A stretch of DNA of 64,000 nt, taken from contig CAWWAF010000001.1 of assembly GCA_963934795.1 (NCBI GenBank), positions 15,815 to 79,814 on the forward strand. Direction: 5' to 3'. Position numbers and translations under genes: made by a program. The notes beneath the pieces were generated by a model. That model did not search any database, was not told the origin of the DNA, and saw only the letters and a program-made list of their open reading frames with translations. The DNA is from an uncultured bacterium (GTDB taxonomy: Bacteria > Acidobacteriota > Vicinamibacteria > Vicinamibacterales > UBA8438). This document shows, piece by piece, positions 10,096 to 19,050 of the stretch (position 1 is its first letter; the number at the start of each line of letters is the position of its first letter).

Positions 10096-12660
10096 CTAGT
10101 TCGTCGCGGCCTCGGCCGCTCTCGTGAGAAACGTCGGGCTCTTCACAATACCTACGATCAGCGACGACCACCGATAATTGTCTACTTCCGCCTCACGGAC
10201 GACCCGACGAACCGTGGGACGGTCGTAATACGCCAGTGGGCGACCGAGCGCGTAGGCCAGCAACTTTTCGGTCACGGTGCGGGGGAACTGCTCCGGGTTG
10301 TCCAACAGCAAGGCCCGTAGACCCGCCAGTCCCTCCACGCGCGCTCCACTCGTCGTGGTCCCGGTCGCATCCACCGGCTGCCCCGCTTCGTCGATGTCAC
10401 GCCATCCGCCGATGACATCGAAATTCTCGAGCGCGAATCCAAGTGGGTCTATGACCGAGTGGCAGCTGGCGCACGTTGGACTGCGCCGATGCTGGGCCAG
10501 CCGCTCCCGGATGGTAAACGGCCTGAAACCTGGAATCTCCTCGAGGGTCGTATCGACACCCGGCGGCGGCGGGGGCACCGGTAGTCCGAAAATATTGTCG
10601 AGCAGCCACTTGCCGCGCAGCACCGGCGACGTGCGATCCGGATACGACGTGGTGGCTAGCAATGCACCCTGGCCGAGCAATCCGCCGCGCTCGGACGGGT
10701 TGGACAACGCAACGCGTCGGAAACGACTGCCGTACACCCCAGGAATACCGTAGTGCCGGGCCAACCGCTCGTTCACGAACGTGTAGTCGGCGTTCAGTAA
10801 CGTGGCCACGCCTCGGTCCTGGCGCAAGGTGTCGCCGACGAACAGTTCGGTTTCGCGCCTGAAAGCGTTGAGCAACGTCTCGTCGTAGTGCGGGTAGCGA
10901 CGGGGATCGACCACCACCTCCCCCACTCGTCGCAGGTTCAACCACTGCGCCGAGAAGTCATCCACCAGCGTGTCGACGGCCCGAGGGTCTGACAACAACC
11001 GGCGAGTCTGCGCCTCGAGCACCGCCGGTTCGGTCAGTCGGCCCGCCTCTGCCAGCGAGAGGAGCTCGTCGTCCGGCACGCTGCTCCAGAGGAAGAACGC
11101 GAGGCGCGACGCGACCTCCAGGTCGCTGAGCGCGTACACCCCGCCAGGCTCATTGGGAACGCCGTCGCGCTCGATACGCAACAGGAAATCAGGGTCAACC
11201 AGCAGCCGTTCCAGGGCGAACTGAATCCCAGCGTCGAAACTGCCGCCATCGCGACGGCCAGCGTCGAAGAACTCGAGGAGCGTGGCCGTATCGCCCTCGG
11301 TGACCGGTCGCCGGTACGCACGGCGAGCCAGCCGTGACGCGATCTCGCGGGCGCACGCTCGCTCGGCGGCCTCATCGACATCGACGATGGCGGCAGGGGT
11401 CGGGGGTCGACAACTGAAAATCGCCTGCCGGCTGGGAGTCACCGTGGTCGAAGCCGATTGGGTATAGGGGCCACCAATGTCGACCGCGCCGACCGCGGCG
11501 TATCCCATGTAAATCTGGTCGTTCGTCAGCACACGGCCGCGCTGCAACGGCTGCGGCAAACCCTCCGGCTCCCACAGTTCGCGGACAAACGACACGCCAA
11601 TGGTGTGCGGGCCAGCCTCGACAGGCAGACGCACTTCCAGGCCATCGTCGCCAGTAAGTTGCATGAAGGTTTCCCAGTCCGCGTCAGCCGCGAAGCCCGG
11701 CTCCCCGTCACCCGCGTAACTGGCCGCCGCCGGCGTGCCCGTGGCGTTGCCACCCACCGTGAACCGCCCGACCAGCTTCCCATCGAGCCGCACCTCAAGC
11801 TGCTGGGCCCAGCCCATGCCCATGAGATAGCGCTGGTATTGTCGGCGGAGACGAACCTTGAGCATGTACTCGCCATCGACCGGAAACTGATAGGGAATGG
11901 CCATCCCGCCGCGAGACCCGAGCGGCAAGTCCTCGCTCTGCCTGGCGTCCTGCACGACATGCAACGGAATCTCGAACGTGTCAAAGCCTGGGCTCGGCGG
12001 CACCAGTCCAACGGCAAGCCGGGTCACCTGCCGAGCCACCGAGAGATAACGCTCCAGCTGCGACCGAGAAATCGTGAGGACGTCGGCGAAGTTGTCGAAG
12101 CTGCCGTCGGCGGTCTCGTCGCCTGGCAACAGCTCGGTCACATCGATGTCCAATGCGAACAGGTCTCGCACGACGTTGCCGTACTCGGTGCGATTGATTC
12201 GATGAACGGCACTGCCTCGACCGGAACGTGGGGCCCTGGCCCACCCCGCGTCGAGCGCCTCCTCAAGGGCCGTGGCCAGCACGTTGTAGGTGGCCGCATC
12301 GGGTCGTGGACGACTCGGCGGCGGCATGGAGCCGGCACGCAACTTCGCGACCACACGCTCCCACAACTCGGGGTCCGTCTCAGGATGGCTCGCGTCTACC
12401 GTGTCCAGCGCCAGGTCCGCCGTGCGGAGCCGCTCGTTGTGGCAGGCGATGCAGTATTGGTCCAGCGCCGCTCGCAGAGCTGGCGTCGATGCGGGGGCCT
12501 GAGTAGACTCGGCCGCCGTGGTCTCGACCTCGATCAGCGCGGCCCCACCGACTGCTCCGCACAGCAGCGCGATCGCCGCGGTGCGGCCTCGGCGACGGCG
12601 CCAAAGGCCCGAACGCGGGTGTCGCTCGGGGTCGGCCGTGTGTGAAACAAGATTTGACAC
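10096..12660 (-). CDS. DUF1592/DUF1595/DUF1587/DUF1588/DUF1585-family protein (PSD-type) with two CxxCH heme motifs; module copy 1.
   Basis: Contains YCIACHN near the N-terminus and CASCHSVIDPLGFALENFD near the C-terminus. Paralog of 54096..56555. The ORF is open to 12792, but that start would overlap the divergent gene at 12759, so GTG 12660 is preferred (uncertain). Confidence 0.85.
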   Translation of the reverse strand: MSNLVSHTADPERHPRSGLWRRRRGRTAAIALLCGAVGGAALIEVETTAAESTQAPASTPALRAALDQYCIACHNERLRTADLALDTVDASHPETDPELWERVVAKLRAGSMPPPSRPRPDAATYNVLATALEEALDAGWARAPRSGRGSAVHRINRTEYGNVVRDLFALDIDVTELLPGDETADGSFDNFADVLTISRSQLERYLSVARQVTRLAVGLVPPSPGFDTFEIPLHVVQDARQSEDLPLGSRGGMAIPYQFPVDGEYMLKVRLRRQYQRYLMGMGWAQQLEVRLDGKLVGRFTVGGNATGTPAAASYAGDGEPGFAADADWETFMQLTGDDGLEVRLPVEAGPHTIGVSFVRELWEPEGLPQPLQRGRVLTNDQIYMGYAAVGAVDIGGPYTQSASTTVTPSRQAIFSCRPPTPAAIVDVDEAAERACAREIASRLARRAYRRPVTEGDTATLLEFFDAGRRDGGSFDAGIQFALERLLVDPDFLLRIERDGVPNEPGGVYALSDLEVASRLAFFLWSSVPDDELLSLAEAGRLTEPAVLEAQTRRLLSDPRAVDTLVDDFSAQWLNLRRVGEVVVDPRRYPHYDETLLNAFRRETELFVGDTLRQDRGVATLLNADYTFVNERLARHYGIPGVYGSRFRRVALSNPSERGGLLGQGALLATTSYPDRTSPVLRGKWLLDNIFGLPVPPPPPGVDTTLEEIPGFRPFTIRERLAQHRRSPTCASCHSVIDPLGFALENFDVIGGWRDIDEAGQPVDATGTTTSGARVEGLAGLRALLLDNPEQFPRTVTEKLLAYALGRPLAYYDRPTVRRVVREAEVDNYRWSSLIVGIVKSPTFLTRAAEAATN

Positions 12661-12758
12661 AGGAAACCACCCCAATTGTGCCTGATCCTCGACGCGCCGG
12701 TAAAGGCGCAAACTGCCCACCCGCCGCACGGTAACGAGAACTGTGTGATCATGTTGTT

Positions 12759-14357
12759 GTGGTTCGCCGTTGGTTCTACGGGTGCTCGACACTCCTCCTG
12801 ATCGGAATCCTCGCGGCGTCTGCCGTCATCCCTGCCATTCTCTGGGCACTGCTGATCGTCGGTCCGCTCATGCTGGTCGGTGTGTACGACGTCACACAGC
12901 GCCAGCACACCATCCTGCGGAACTTTCCGATCATCGGGCACGGTCGCTACCTCTTCGAACTCGTGCGGCCCGAGATTCAGCAGTACTTCATCGAGTCCAA
13001 CACCGACGCCTTTCCCATTGAGCGGGAGTTTCGAGACCTCGTGTACCAGCGGTCGAAGGGCGACCTGGAGACCCAGCCGTTCGGCACGCAGCGAGACGTC
13101 TACCGCCTGGGTTATGAGTGGGCCGCGCATTCGCTGGCCCCGGTCGTGCCGCTCGAGACCCCACCGCGTATCCCGATTGGCGGCGCCGACTGTCGCCAGC
13201 CCTACGACAGTGCGCTGCTCAATATTTCCGCCATGAGCTTTGGCTCGCTGTCCAGTCACGCCATCATGGCCCTCAATGGCGGGGCCAAGGCGGGCGGCTT
13301 CGCGCACAACACCGGCGAGGGTGGCATCTCGCCGTATCACCTGGAGCAGGGCGGTGACCTGATTTGGCAGGTCGGCACCGGGTACTTCGGGTGCCGCACA
13401 TCGGACGGACGGTTTGACCCCGATCGCTTCGCGGACCAAGCGGCGCACAATACGGTGCGAATGATCGAGCTCAAACTGTCGCAAGGCGCCAAACCTGGGC
13501 ACGGCGGCGTCCTGCCAGGCCGCAAAGTCTCGGCGGAGATCGCCGCGATTCGCGGCGTGCCGATAGGGGAAACGGTGCTCTCCCCACCGGGGCACCCGGG
13601 GTTCACCACCCCGACCGGTCTGCTGGAGTTCGTAGCGCGGCTACGGGCGCTGTCAGGCGGAAAGCCGGTCGGTTTCAAGCTGTGCATCGGGCAGCGGACC
13701 GAATTCCTGAGGCTGTGTAAGGCGATGCTCGACACCGGTATCCTCCCCGACTTCATCACGGTCGATGGGAGTGAGGGCGGCACCGGCGCAGCGCCACTGG
13801 AGTTCGCCAATTCGGTCGGGATGCCAGCGCGCGATGGGTGGATGCTCGCGCACAACGCGCTCAGAGGGGTACGGCTCCGAGACCGCATCACGATCATCGC
13901 GTCCGGCAAAATACTGACCGGATTTGATATGGCGCGGGCGCTCGCGCTCGGCGCCGACGTGTGTCTCTCCGCGCGAGGAATGATGCTGGCGCTGGGCTGT
14001 ATTCAGGCGTTGCGCTGTCACTCGGACCATTGCCCTACCGGGATCGCAACACAGAACCCGGCGTTGGTGCACGGTCTCGATGTCGACGCCAAAACGCCAC
14101 GCGTCACCAGGTTTCAGGAGGCGACGGTGAGGAGCTTGTTGGAGCTGCTGGGAGCGATGGGACTCTCGCACCCCAATGCGCTGGGCCCCCAGCACATCTT
14201 TCGTCGCATCAGCGACAGCCGCGTGCGCACCCTTCAGGACCTCCACGAGTTTATCCCTGAGGGCGCGCTGCTCGACGGCGGCGGCGAGGGGCCGTGGCAC
14301 GAGGATTGGCGGACGGCCTGTGATTGCACCCTGTGGCGAGAGGCGGAGCAAATATGA
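12759..14357 (+). CDS. FMN-binding glutamate synthase family protein (GltB domain-2-like) with an N-terminal membrane anchor.
   Basis: 532 aa. Contains TILRNFPIIGHGRYLFE..., ISAMSFGSLS, KLSQGAKPGHGGVLPG and VDGSEGGTGAAP. Confidence 0.9.
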   Translation: MVRRWFYGCSTLLLIGILAASAVIPAILWALLIVGPLMLVGVYDVTQRQHTILRNFPIIGHGRYLFELVRPEIQQYFIESNTDAFPIEREFRDLVYQRSKGDLETQPFGTQRDVYRLGYEWAAHSLAPVVPLETPPRIPIGGADCRQPYDSALLNISAMSFGSLSSHAIMALNGGAKAGGFAHNTGEGGISPYHLEQGGDLIWQVGTGYFGCRTSDGRFDPDRFADQAAHNTVRMIELKLSQGAKPGHGGVLPGRKVSAEIAAIRGVPIGETVLSPPGHPGFTTPTGLLEFVARLRALSGGKPVGFKLCIGQRTEFLRLCKAMLDTGILPDFITVDGSEGGTGAAPLEFANSVGMPARDGWMLAHNALRGVRLRDRITIIASGKILTGFDMARALALGADVCLSARGMMLALGCIQALRCHSDHCPTGIATQNPALVHGLDVDAKTPRVTRFQEATVRSLLELLGAMGLSHPNALGPQHIFRRISDSRVRTLQDLHEFIPEGALLDGGGEGPWHEDWRTACDCTLWREAEQI

Positions 14358-15024
14358 CCACTGTGATCGAACGTCTGGACATGGTCCAACTGTTGACCCA
14401 GATCATCGAGTAATTGCCGAAACTGTTCGCGGCACTCGTGGTCATCGTGCTCTTCTGGTTGGGGTACCGGCTGACACGACTACCGTTCTCGGGGTTGCTG
14501 GAGCGCGGCGCTGGCCGGCCTCGGCGTAGTCGGCATTGCGGTTGGATTCGCTGTGCAGGACTCGATTGCCAATGTCATCTCCGGCATCATGATCTTCATG
14601 GATAAGCCGTTCGAGGTAGGCGACTGGATCACGGTCGTCGACCGGTCTGGCGAGGTGAACGACATCACCATGCGGTCGACGCGTATTCGGACGCAACGCA
14701 ACACCTACGTGGTCATCCCGAACAAGACGATCATCGACGCGGTATTGGTCAATCACCCCCAAAAGGGCATCACACGCGTGGACGTTCCGGTCGGCATCGC
14801 CTACAAAGCATCGGTCCCGAGCGCCCGCGAGGTGATGCGGACCTCCGCACGCGGCGGCGAGGGGGTCATGACCGATCCGGCCCCGGACGTTGTCGTGATG
14901 GAGCTGGGCGACTCGCGTGTCAACCTCAGTCTACGGGTGTGGATCGAGCGAGCCACTAATGCGGAACCGGTGTACTCTGCGGTCATGGAGGCGGCCAAGC
15001 TCGCGCTGGATGAGGCCTTCGCTC
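14354..15024 (+). pseudogene. Small-conductance mechanosensitive channel (MscS family), disrupted by an in-frame TAA, a frame change with an apparently missing TM2, and a 3' truncation.
   Basis: MTTVIERLDMVQLLTQIIE is followed by TAA (14411..14413), then LPKLFAALVVIVLFWLGYRL in the same frame. Between about 14475 and 14512 the homology moves to another frame (LAGLGVVGIAVGFAVQDSIANVISGIMIFMDKPFEVGDWI...). After ...AAKLALDEA the usual C-terminal IEIPFPQ-type segment is absent. Confidence 0.65.
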
Positions 15025-15119
15025 CGCTCGACAAGGGCGCGAGCCTCCGGCCGCGGCGAACCGTCCGCCAGAAACAGCTCGTCGTGGAACCCCTCGGTCC
15101 TATACCCGTCGAATCGCAA
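15005..15119 (-). pseudogene. 5' stub of a circularly permuted type-2 ATP-grasp gene; only about 35 codons remain.
   Basis: MRFDGYRTEGFHDELFLADGSPRPEARALVER resembles, from memory, the conserved N-terminus of COG2308-type ATP-grasp proteins. It then runs antisense into the mscS remnant and loses similarity. Confidence 0.35.
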
Positions 15120-15145
15120 CGCGGTCGTCTCCTGTTCCGAGCCGA

Positions 15146-16231
15146 CTATCGGGCCTCGCGAGCATCCGCCTCGAGGACGCGGGCTCCCCGAAGAATGCCG
15201 CCGAATGAGTAATTCGCCTCATGGCACGCGTACTCGTAGACCTTGTTGTCAGTGGCCGGCCAGACATATTCACCGCTCCACGACGCCGCCCAGACCGTGG
15301 GGTCCTCCACGGTGAAGCCGTACAGGAGGGTGTCGGCGTCGATCCGGCTGAATCGTTCCACAACATGCAGGTTCCGCGAGGCCTGACCCAGCGATGGGGA
15401 ATCGCGAAAATTCGTCGTGTCAACGACCAGGGTGTCGCCGTCCCAGTGTCCGATTGAATCACCCAGCCACGTTCGAATCTCCGGCGACACGTGCTCCTGA
15501 TTCATCCGCACAATACGCGCGTCATGCACCATCTCGACCAGGACCATCACGGTGTCGTCGGTCTGCACGATCCGCTTCAGATTGTTGTAAAGCACGGGCA
15601 GCATCGGCGGCCCCGCAGTGGACCCGAAACCCATAAGGCAGCGTTCGGCGTGTGGGCGCCGCTCGGGGTGGTCATAGGGTCCAGGCGCGTCAAGGTCGTC
15701 GTCGAGCCACCATGCGGTGCCCGTGTTGGGCCGGCCCGCGAAAGCAGGCGTCGATGCGCGCGCCGCCGGTGTCAGTGGCGGACGCCGCCCGTTCGGCGGG
15801 TCGGTGATGATCGACGTGCGGAACTGACCGTCGATCCGGAACCCCGACTGGCCAAAGTCCATCCAGAACGAGTTGTAACCACCGACGTTGCCAGCGGCGC
15901 CGCTCGACCCGTCGCCTCCAACCGGCGGGGCCTCTCTCGGCGCTCCGCCTTCCACGTTCCGTTCGTCCGGGATGTTGAAGAGCCCTTCGAGCGAACTGGC
16001 GCCGGCAGCCAGGGTCGCGGCCTCCTCCTCGGTCAACACCAGCTGGTCAGCCAGCTCGACTGGTCGCTGCAACGGCGTCAGCGTCGCAATGTCATACATC
16101 CCCGACAAGTCCGGCCGACCGTCCGGCCGCCTCGGAATGTCCGAGGTGGGCGCCTGTGCGAAGGCAGTGGACACCGAGACCACAGCCGTAACCGCCAACG
16201 CCCCGAACCGTAACCTTCGTCGACTCCGCAT
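15146..16231 (-). CDS. Secreted hypothetical protein; paralog of 45722..46726.
   Basis: GGAGG lies 5 nt before ATG 16231. Signal peptide MRSRRRLRFGALAVTAVVSVSTAFAQA. Blocks shared with the paralog: PDLSGMYDIATLTPLQRP, RTSIITDPPNGRRP, and the C-terminal YEYACHEANYSFGGILRGAR. Confidence 0.8.
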   Translation of the reverse strand: MRSRRRLRFGALAVTAVVSVSTAFAQAPTSDIPRRPDGRPDLSGMYDIATLTPLQRPVELADQLVLTEEEAATLAAGASSLEGLFNIPDERNVEGGAPREAPPVGGDGSSGAAGNVGGYNSFWMDFGQSGFRIDGQFRTSIITDPPNGRRPPLTPAARASTPAFAGRPNTGTAWWLDDDLDAPGPYDHPERRPHAERCLMGFGSTAGPPMLPVLYNNLKRIVQTDDTVMVLVEMVHDARIVRMNQEHVSPEIRTWLGDSIGHWDGDTLVVDTTNFRDSPSLGQASRNLHVVERFSRIDADTLLYGFTVEDPTVWAASWSGEYVWPATDNKVYEYACHEANYSFGGILRGARVLEADAREAR

Positions 16232-16554
16232 ACACACCTCCATCTGGCACTCGCGTCAACCGCATCAGTCCGTCAACTCTCCACGCGGCGCGGACCGCGA
16301 AGCCACTCCCGCTAGTGTATCGCTGGCCGGGAGGCCGCCACCACTCTACCGGGGTCCTGCGGCCGTCCCCAGCAGGCCCAAGGGCCACCAGCCCCGCGGT
16401 TGGAGCCGACTACACGCGTGGCGCCGCGACGCGCGGTATCCGGGGTGGAGACGTGTCACCACGCCGCCGCGTCATCGCGAAGAAGCGCGGTGACTGGTTC
16501 GACGGCCCCCGCTTGACATGGAGCCAACGGAGTCTGCATCGTCAAAATCGTCAC

Positions 16555-16896
16555 ATGTTCTGGATCCGCGCCCATCTCACCGTCGCGACCGCAATTATCG
16601 CCTCCACCCACGTGACGGCGATTGCGGCGACCTCGATCGCGCTCTGCTGCGCGCCGCATCATCATGCGACCGAGGCGCCGGAGAACACCGACGAGACCGG
16701 GACGTCAGCGGCCGCGACATGCCCGCTCCATCGGGCCGCGGAAGAGACCTGCTCGATGCCACAGTGCCCGATTCATTCGCGATCCACAGAAGTCTCGGAC
16801 CATCTCGGCCATGTGACCGCGACCGCGCACCAGCACCACGCTGAGCGGACGACGGTAGCCGACGACGACGGCGCCTTCCACGGGCGCACCGTCTGA
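16555..16896 (+). CDS. Possible small membrane-anchored His/Cys-rich protein (putative metal binding).
   Basis: 113 aa: MFWIRAHLTVATAIIASTHVTAIAATSIALCCAPHHH...CPLH...CSMPQCPIH...HLGH...HQHH. By my hand count, third-position G/C is clearly higher than in the overlapping antisense ORF 16705..16995. I recognise no homolog. Confidence 0.4.
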   Translation: MFWIRAHLTVATAIIASTHVTAIAATSIALCCAPHHHATEAPENTDETGTSAAATCPLHRAAEETCSMPQCPIHSRSTEVSDHLGHVTATAHQHHAERTTVADDDGAFHGRTV

Positions 16897-17294
16897 ACCG
16901 TTAAATCTGAAGGAACCAAGGCACTGCCCAACACCCAGCAGTGCCAGCTCGTGTGCGACGAGGATGAGTTGTCGCCACTCGTCGTGCTCGGCCACCCTGG
17001 GGTACTACCTCGGGCCAGCGCCGTACCGACCCCAGACCGGCTAAGCATGCGCCTCCCGGCACGTGCCCTGTCGCTTCCGACCCCGCCCCGCCCGGTGTTC
17101 GTTCCTCCTCCGCGCTCCCAGTCGTCACTGTCAAGACGAAGTCGTTCGCACGGCGGTTCCATAGCCGGCGCGTGCTCGCCATCGTGGCGTCATGTCGCCG
17201 GTCGCTGTGCACAGACGAACAGACCGTCCCAGCCAGGTCGGAGACTGCGCACGCGCAGCCCGACGACGCGGGCCGGCCCTCGCGAGGAGCACGA

Positions 17295-18536
17295 ATGATG
17301 ACCGCACGACCCCGGACCCTTACTGCACTGTTAGTGGTTTTGCTGTGGACCAGCTGGCCAGCCCAGTCCCCAGGCCGTGCCGCGGTGGCTGACGGTGGAC
17401 CACCGCCCGCGCATGGGGCGTTTCCCTCTGGAGCGTTCGACGACACCGGCCGACTCTGGGTGGCGTGGGTAGATGGACCACGCGTCGTCGTCGCGAGTTC
17501 GACCGACCGCGGCCGGTCATTCGGTGACCCGGTGGAGGTCACCGACGCCCCTGAAGAGATCGACGCAAACGGTGATGCTCGACCGAAGGTGGCGGTCGGC
17601 CGCGATGGAGAGGTGTTCGTTGCCTGGACGCGCCGCGGCGTCAAGCCCTACACCGGAGATATCCGTTTCGCGCGCTCGACGAACGGTGGCCTCAGCTTCT
17701 CGCGCCCCCGAACCATCAACGACGACGGCCTCGCCACCGGACACCGGTTCGAATCGATCGGGGTGAACCAACGAGGCGAGCTGTTCATGGTCTGGATCGA
17801 TAAGCGGGACCTTGAGGTGGCGGTGGACGCGGGTGATTCCTGCGACGGGGCGGCGCTCTACTACACCTGGAGCACCGACAGCGGCGCGACGTTCGCTCCC
17901 AATTGAAAACTCAAGGACCAGGTGTGCGAGTGCTGCCGGATTGCACTCAGCTTCAATGCACGGGGCTGGCCGGTCATCGTCTGGCGCGAGGTGCTCGAGG
18001 GGAGCATTCGCGACCACGGGGTAGTGCAGTTCCTCGACCGCGATCGATTCACCGCCATTGGTCGAGTCGCGGTGGACGGCTGGAAGCTGGATGGATGCCC
18101 GCACCATGGCCCGGCGCTCACGCGCGATGCGGATGGCGCGTACCACACGGTGTGGCTCACGGGGGCTGGCCCGCAGGGCGGCGGCGCTTTCTATGCCCGG
18201 TCCGCCGGTGGCCACGGCGACGCCCCGCTCACCTTCTCCGAGCCGATGCGAGTGGGTACGCCCAAGACGCTTGGGCATGCCGACATCGAAGCCGTGGGCC
18301 GCCAGGTGGTCATCGTCTGGAAAGAACGGGTGCAACCCAACGCCACCGCAATCTTTGCCATGACCTCGGACGACGCCGGACGCAGTTGGGCGGAGCCGCA
18401 CGAGGTCACCCGCACCACGGGCATCTCGGATCATCCGCTGCTGCTCGCGGACGGCAGCAACCTGCTCGTCGCGTGGCACACAGCCGCCGAGGGCTACCGC
18501 CTCCTCACGGTGGACAGTAGTCGAGCCAGTTACTAG
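17295..18536 (+). pseudogene. BNR/sialidase-like beta-propeller protein with CECC and CPHHGP motifs, interrupted by an in-frame TGA at 17904..17906.
   Basis: GAGGAG precedes ATG 17295. Signal peptide MMTARPRTLTALLVVLLWTSWPAQS. Repeated S-x-D-x-G-x-[ST]-[FW] BNR motifs (SSTDRGRSFG, STNGGLSFS, STDSGATFA, SDDAGRSWA). ORFs 17172..17906 and 17922..18536 are in the same frame, separated only by TGA plus 5 codons. Confidence 0.7.
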
Positions 18537-18624
18537 TTGCGCCCCGGACACCACCGGAGGTCTTAAGTAATCTTGTGCGGTAACCTGCATCGTAACGACG
18601 CAACGCGTTCATCTCAGGAGCAAC

Positions 18625-18999
18625 ATGATGACCATTCGACCTTACACATTGGCTGCCTCCACCCTGATCATCGCGCTGGCCGCGGCGGCCACATTGTCGG
18701 CGCATATGGCCTACTCGAAGAGCATGCCCGCCAAGGACGCGACGTTGAGCGAGTCGCCCGGTCACGTGCAGGTGTGGTTTACCCAGGACCCTGAACCGGC
18801 CGTGAGTCAGCTCTCGCTGGAGGGACCGAATGGCGAGATCGCGCTAGGCGAGACAACGGTCGGCGACGAGAAGTCGCTTGTCGCGACTGTGCCAGCCGCT
18901 CTCGCGCCTGGCAGCTACACCGTCAAATGGCGCTCCGCTGGTGACGACGGTCATGTGCTTCGAGGCGACATCGCATTTTCGGTCCGCGCGGCCGAGTAG
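18625..18999 (+). CDS. copC: Copper resistance protein CopC (periplasmic Cu-binding).
   Basis: 124 aa. The signal peptide ends ..ATLSA|HMAYSKS, which would leave His as the mature N-terminus. Typical CopC core: PGSYTVKWRSAGDDGHVLRGDIAFSV. Confidence 0.85.
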   Translation: MMTIRPYTLAASTLIIALAAAATLSAHMAYSKSMPAKDATLSESPGHVQVWFTQDPEPAVSQLSLEGPNGEIALGETTVGDEKSLVATVPAALAPGSYTVKWRSAGDDGHVLRGDIAFSVRAAE

Positions 19000-19050
19000 C
19001 GGCGGTGGAATCCGCGAAGCGGACCTGACGGCCCCACGGGCACAACGTTC

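Noticed and set aside
12661-12792. Upstream extension of the DUF1592-family gene to GTG 12792, which is preceded by an AGGAGG-like string.
   Set aside because: It would overlap the divergent glutamate-synthase-like gene start by 34 nt. The extension has no signal-peptide character, and the AGGAGG is explained as Leu-Leu-Leu codons of the opposite gene. Start 12660 is preferred but not certain.
15025-15212. C-terminal continuation of the mscS reading frame to 15212.
   Set aside because: The translated tail (APLDKGASLRPRRTVRQKQ...) has no MscS similarity. It overlaps the ATP-grasp stub and the 3' end of the 15146..16231 gene. It is treated as read-through after a deletion.
16705-16995. Minus-strand 96-aa ORF overlapping the His/Cys-rich mini-ORF.
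   Set aside because: By my hand count its third-position G/C is lower than that of the plus-strand ORF 16555..16896, and it has no signal or motif. Neither ORF is proven, so the plus-strand call is kept at low confidence only.
17904-17948. Selenocysteine recoding of the in-frame TGA.
   Set aside because: The downstream stem is only 6 bp and starts 21 nt after the TGA. No sel genes lie in the window. A nonsense mutation or sequencing error is more parsimonious. It is kept as an alternative in the finding.
17517-18590. Long antisense ORFs across the window. Examples: 17517..18590 (-), 11458..12645 (+), 24401..25381 (-), 28193..29023 (-), 37207..38496 (-), 49011..50231 (-), 50271..51200 (-), 54114..55205 (+), 42603..43643 (-), 46536..47726 (+).
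   Set aside because: These are typical stop-poor shadow frames of a GC-rich genome. They are Arg/Gly/Pro-rich with no recognisable motifs, and each lies opposite a gene with clear family signatures.
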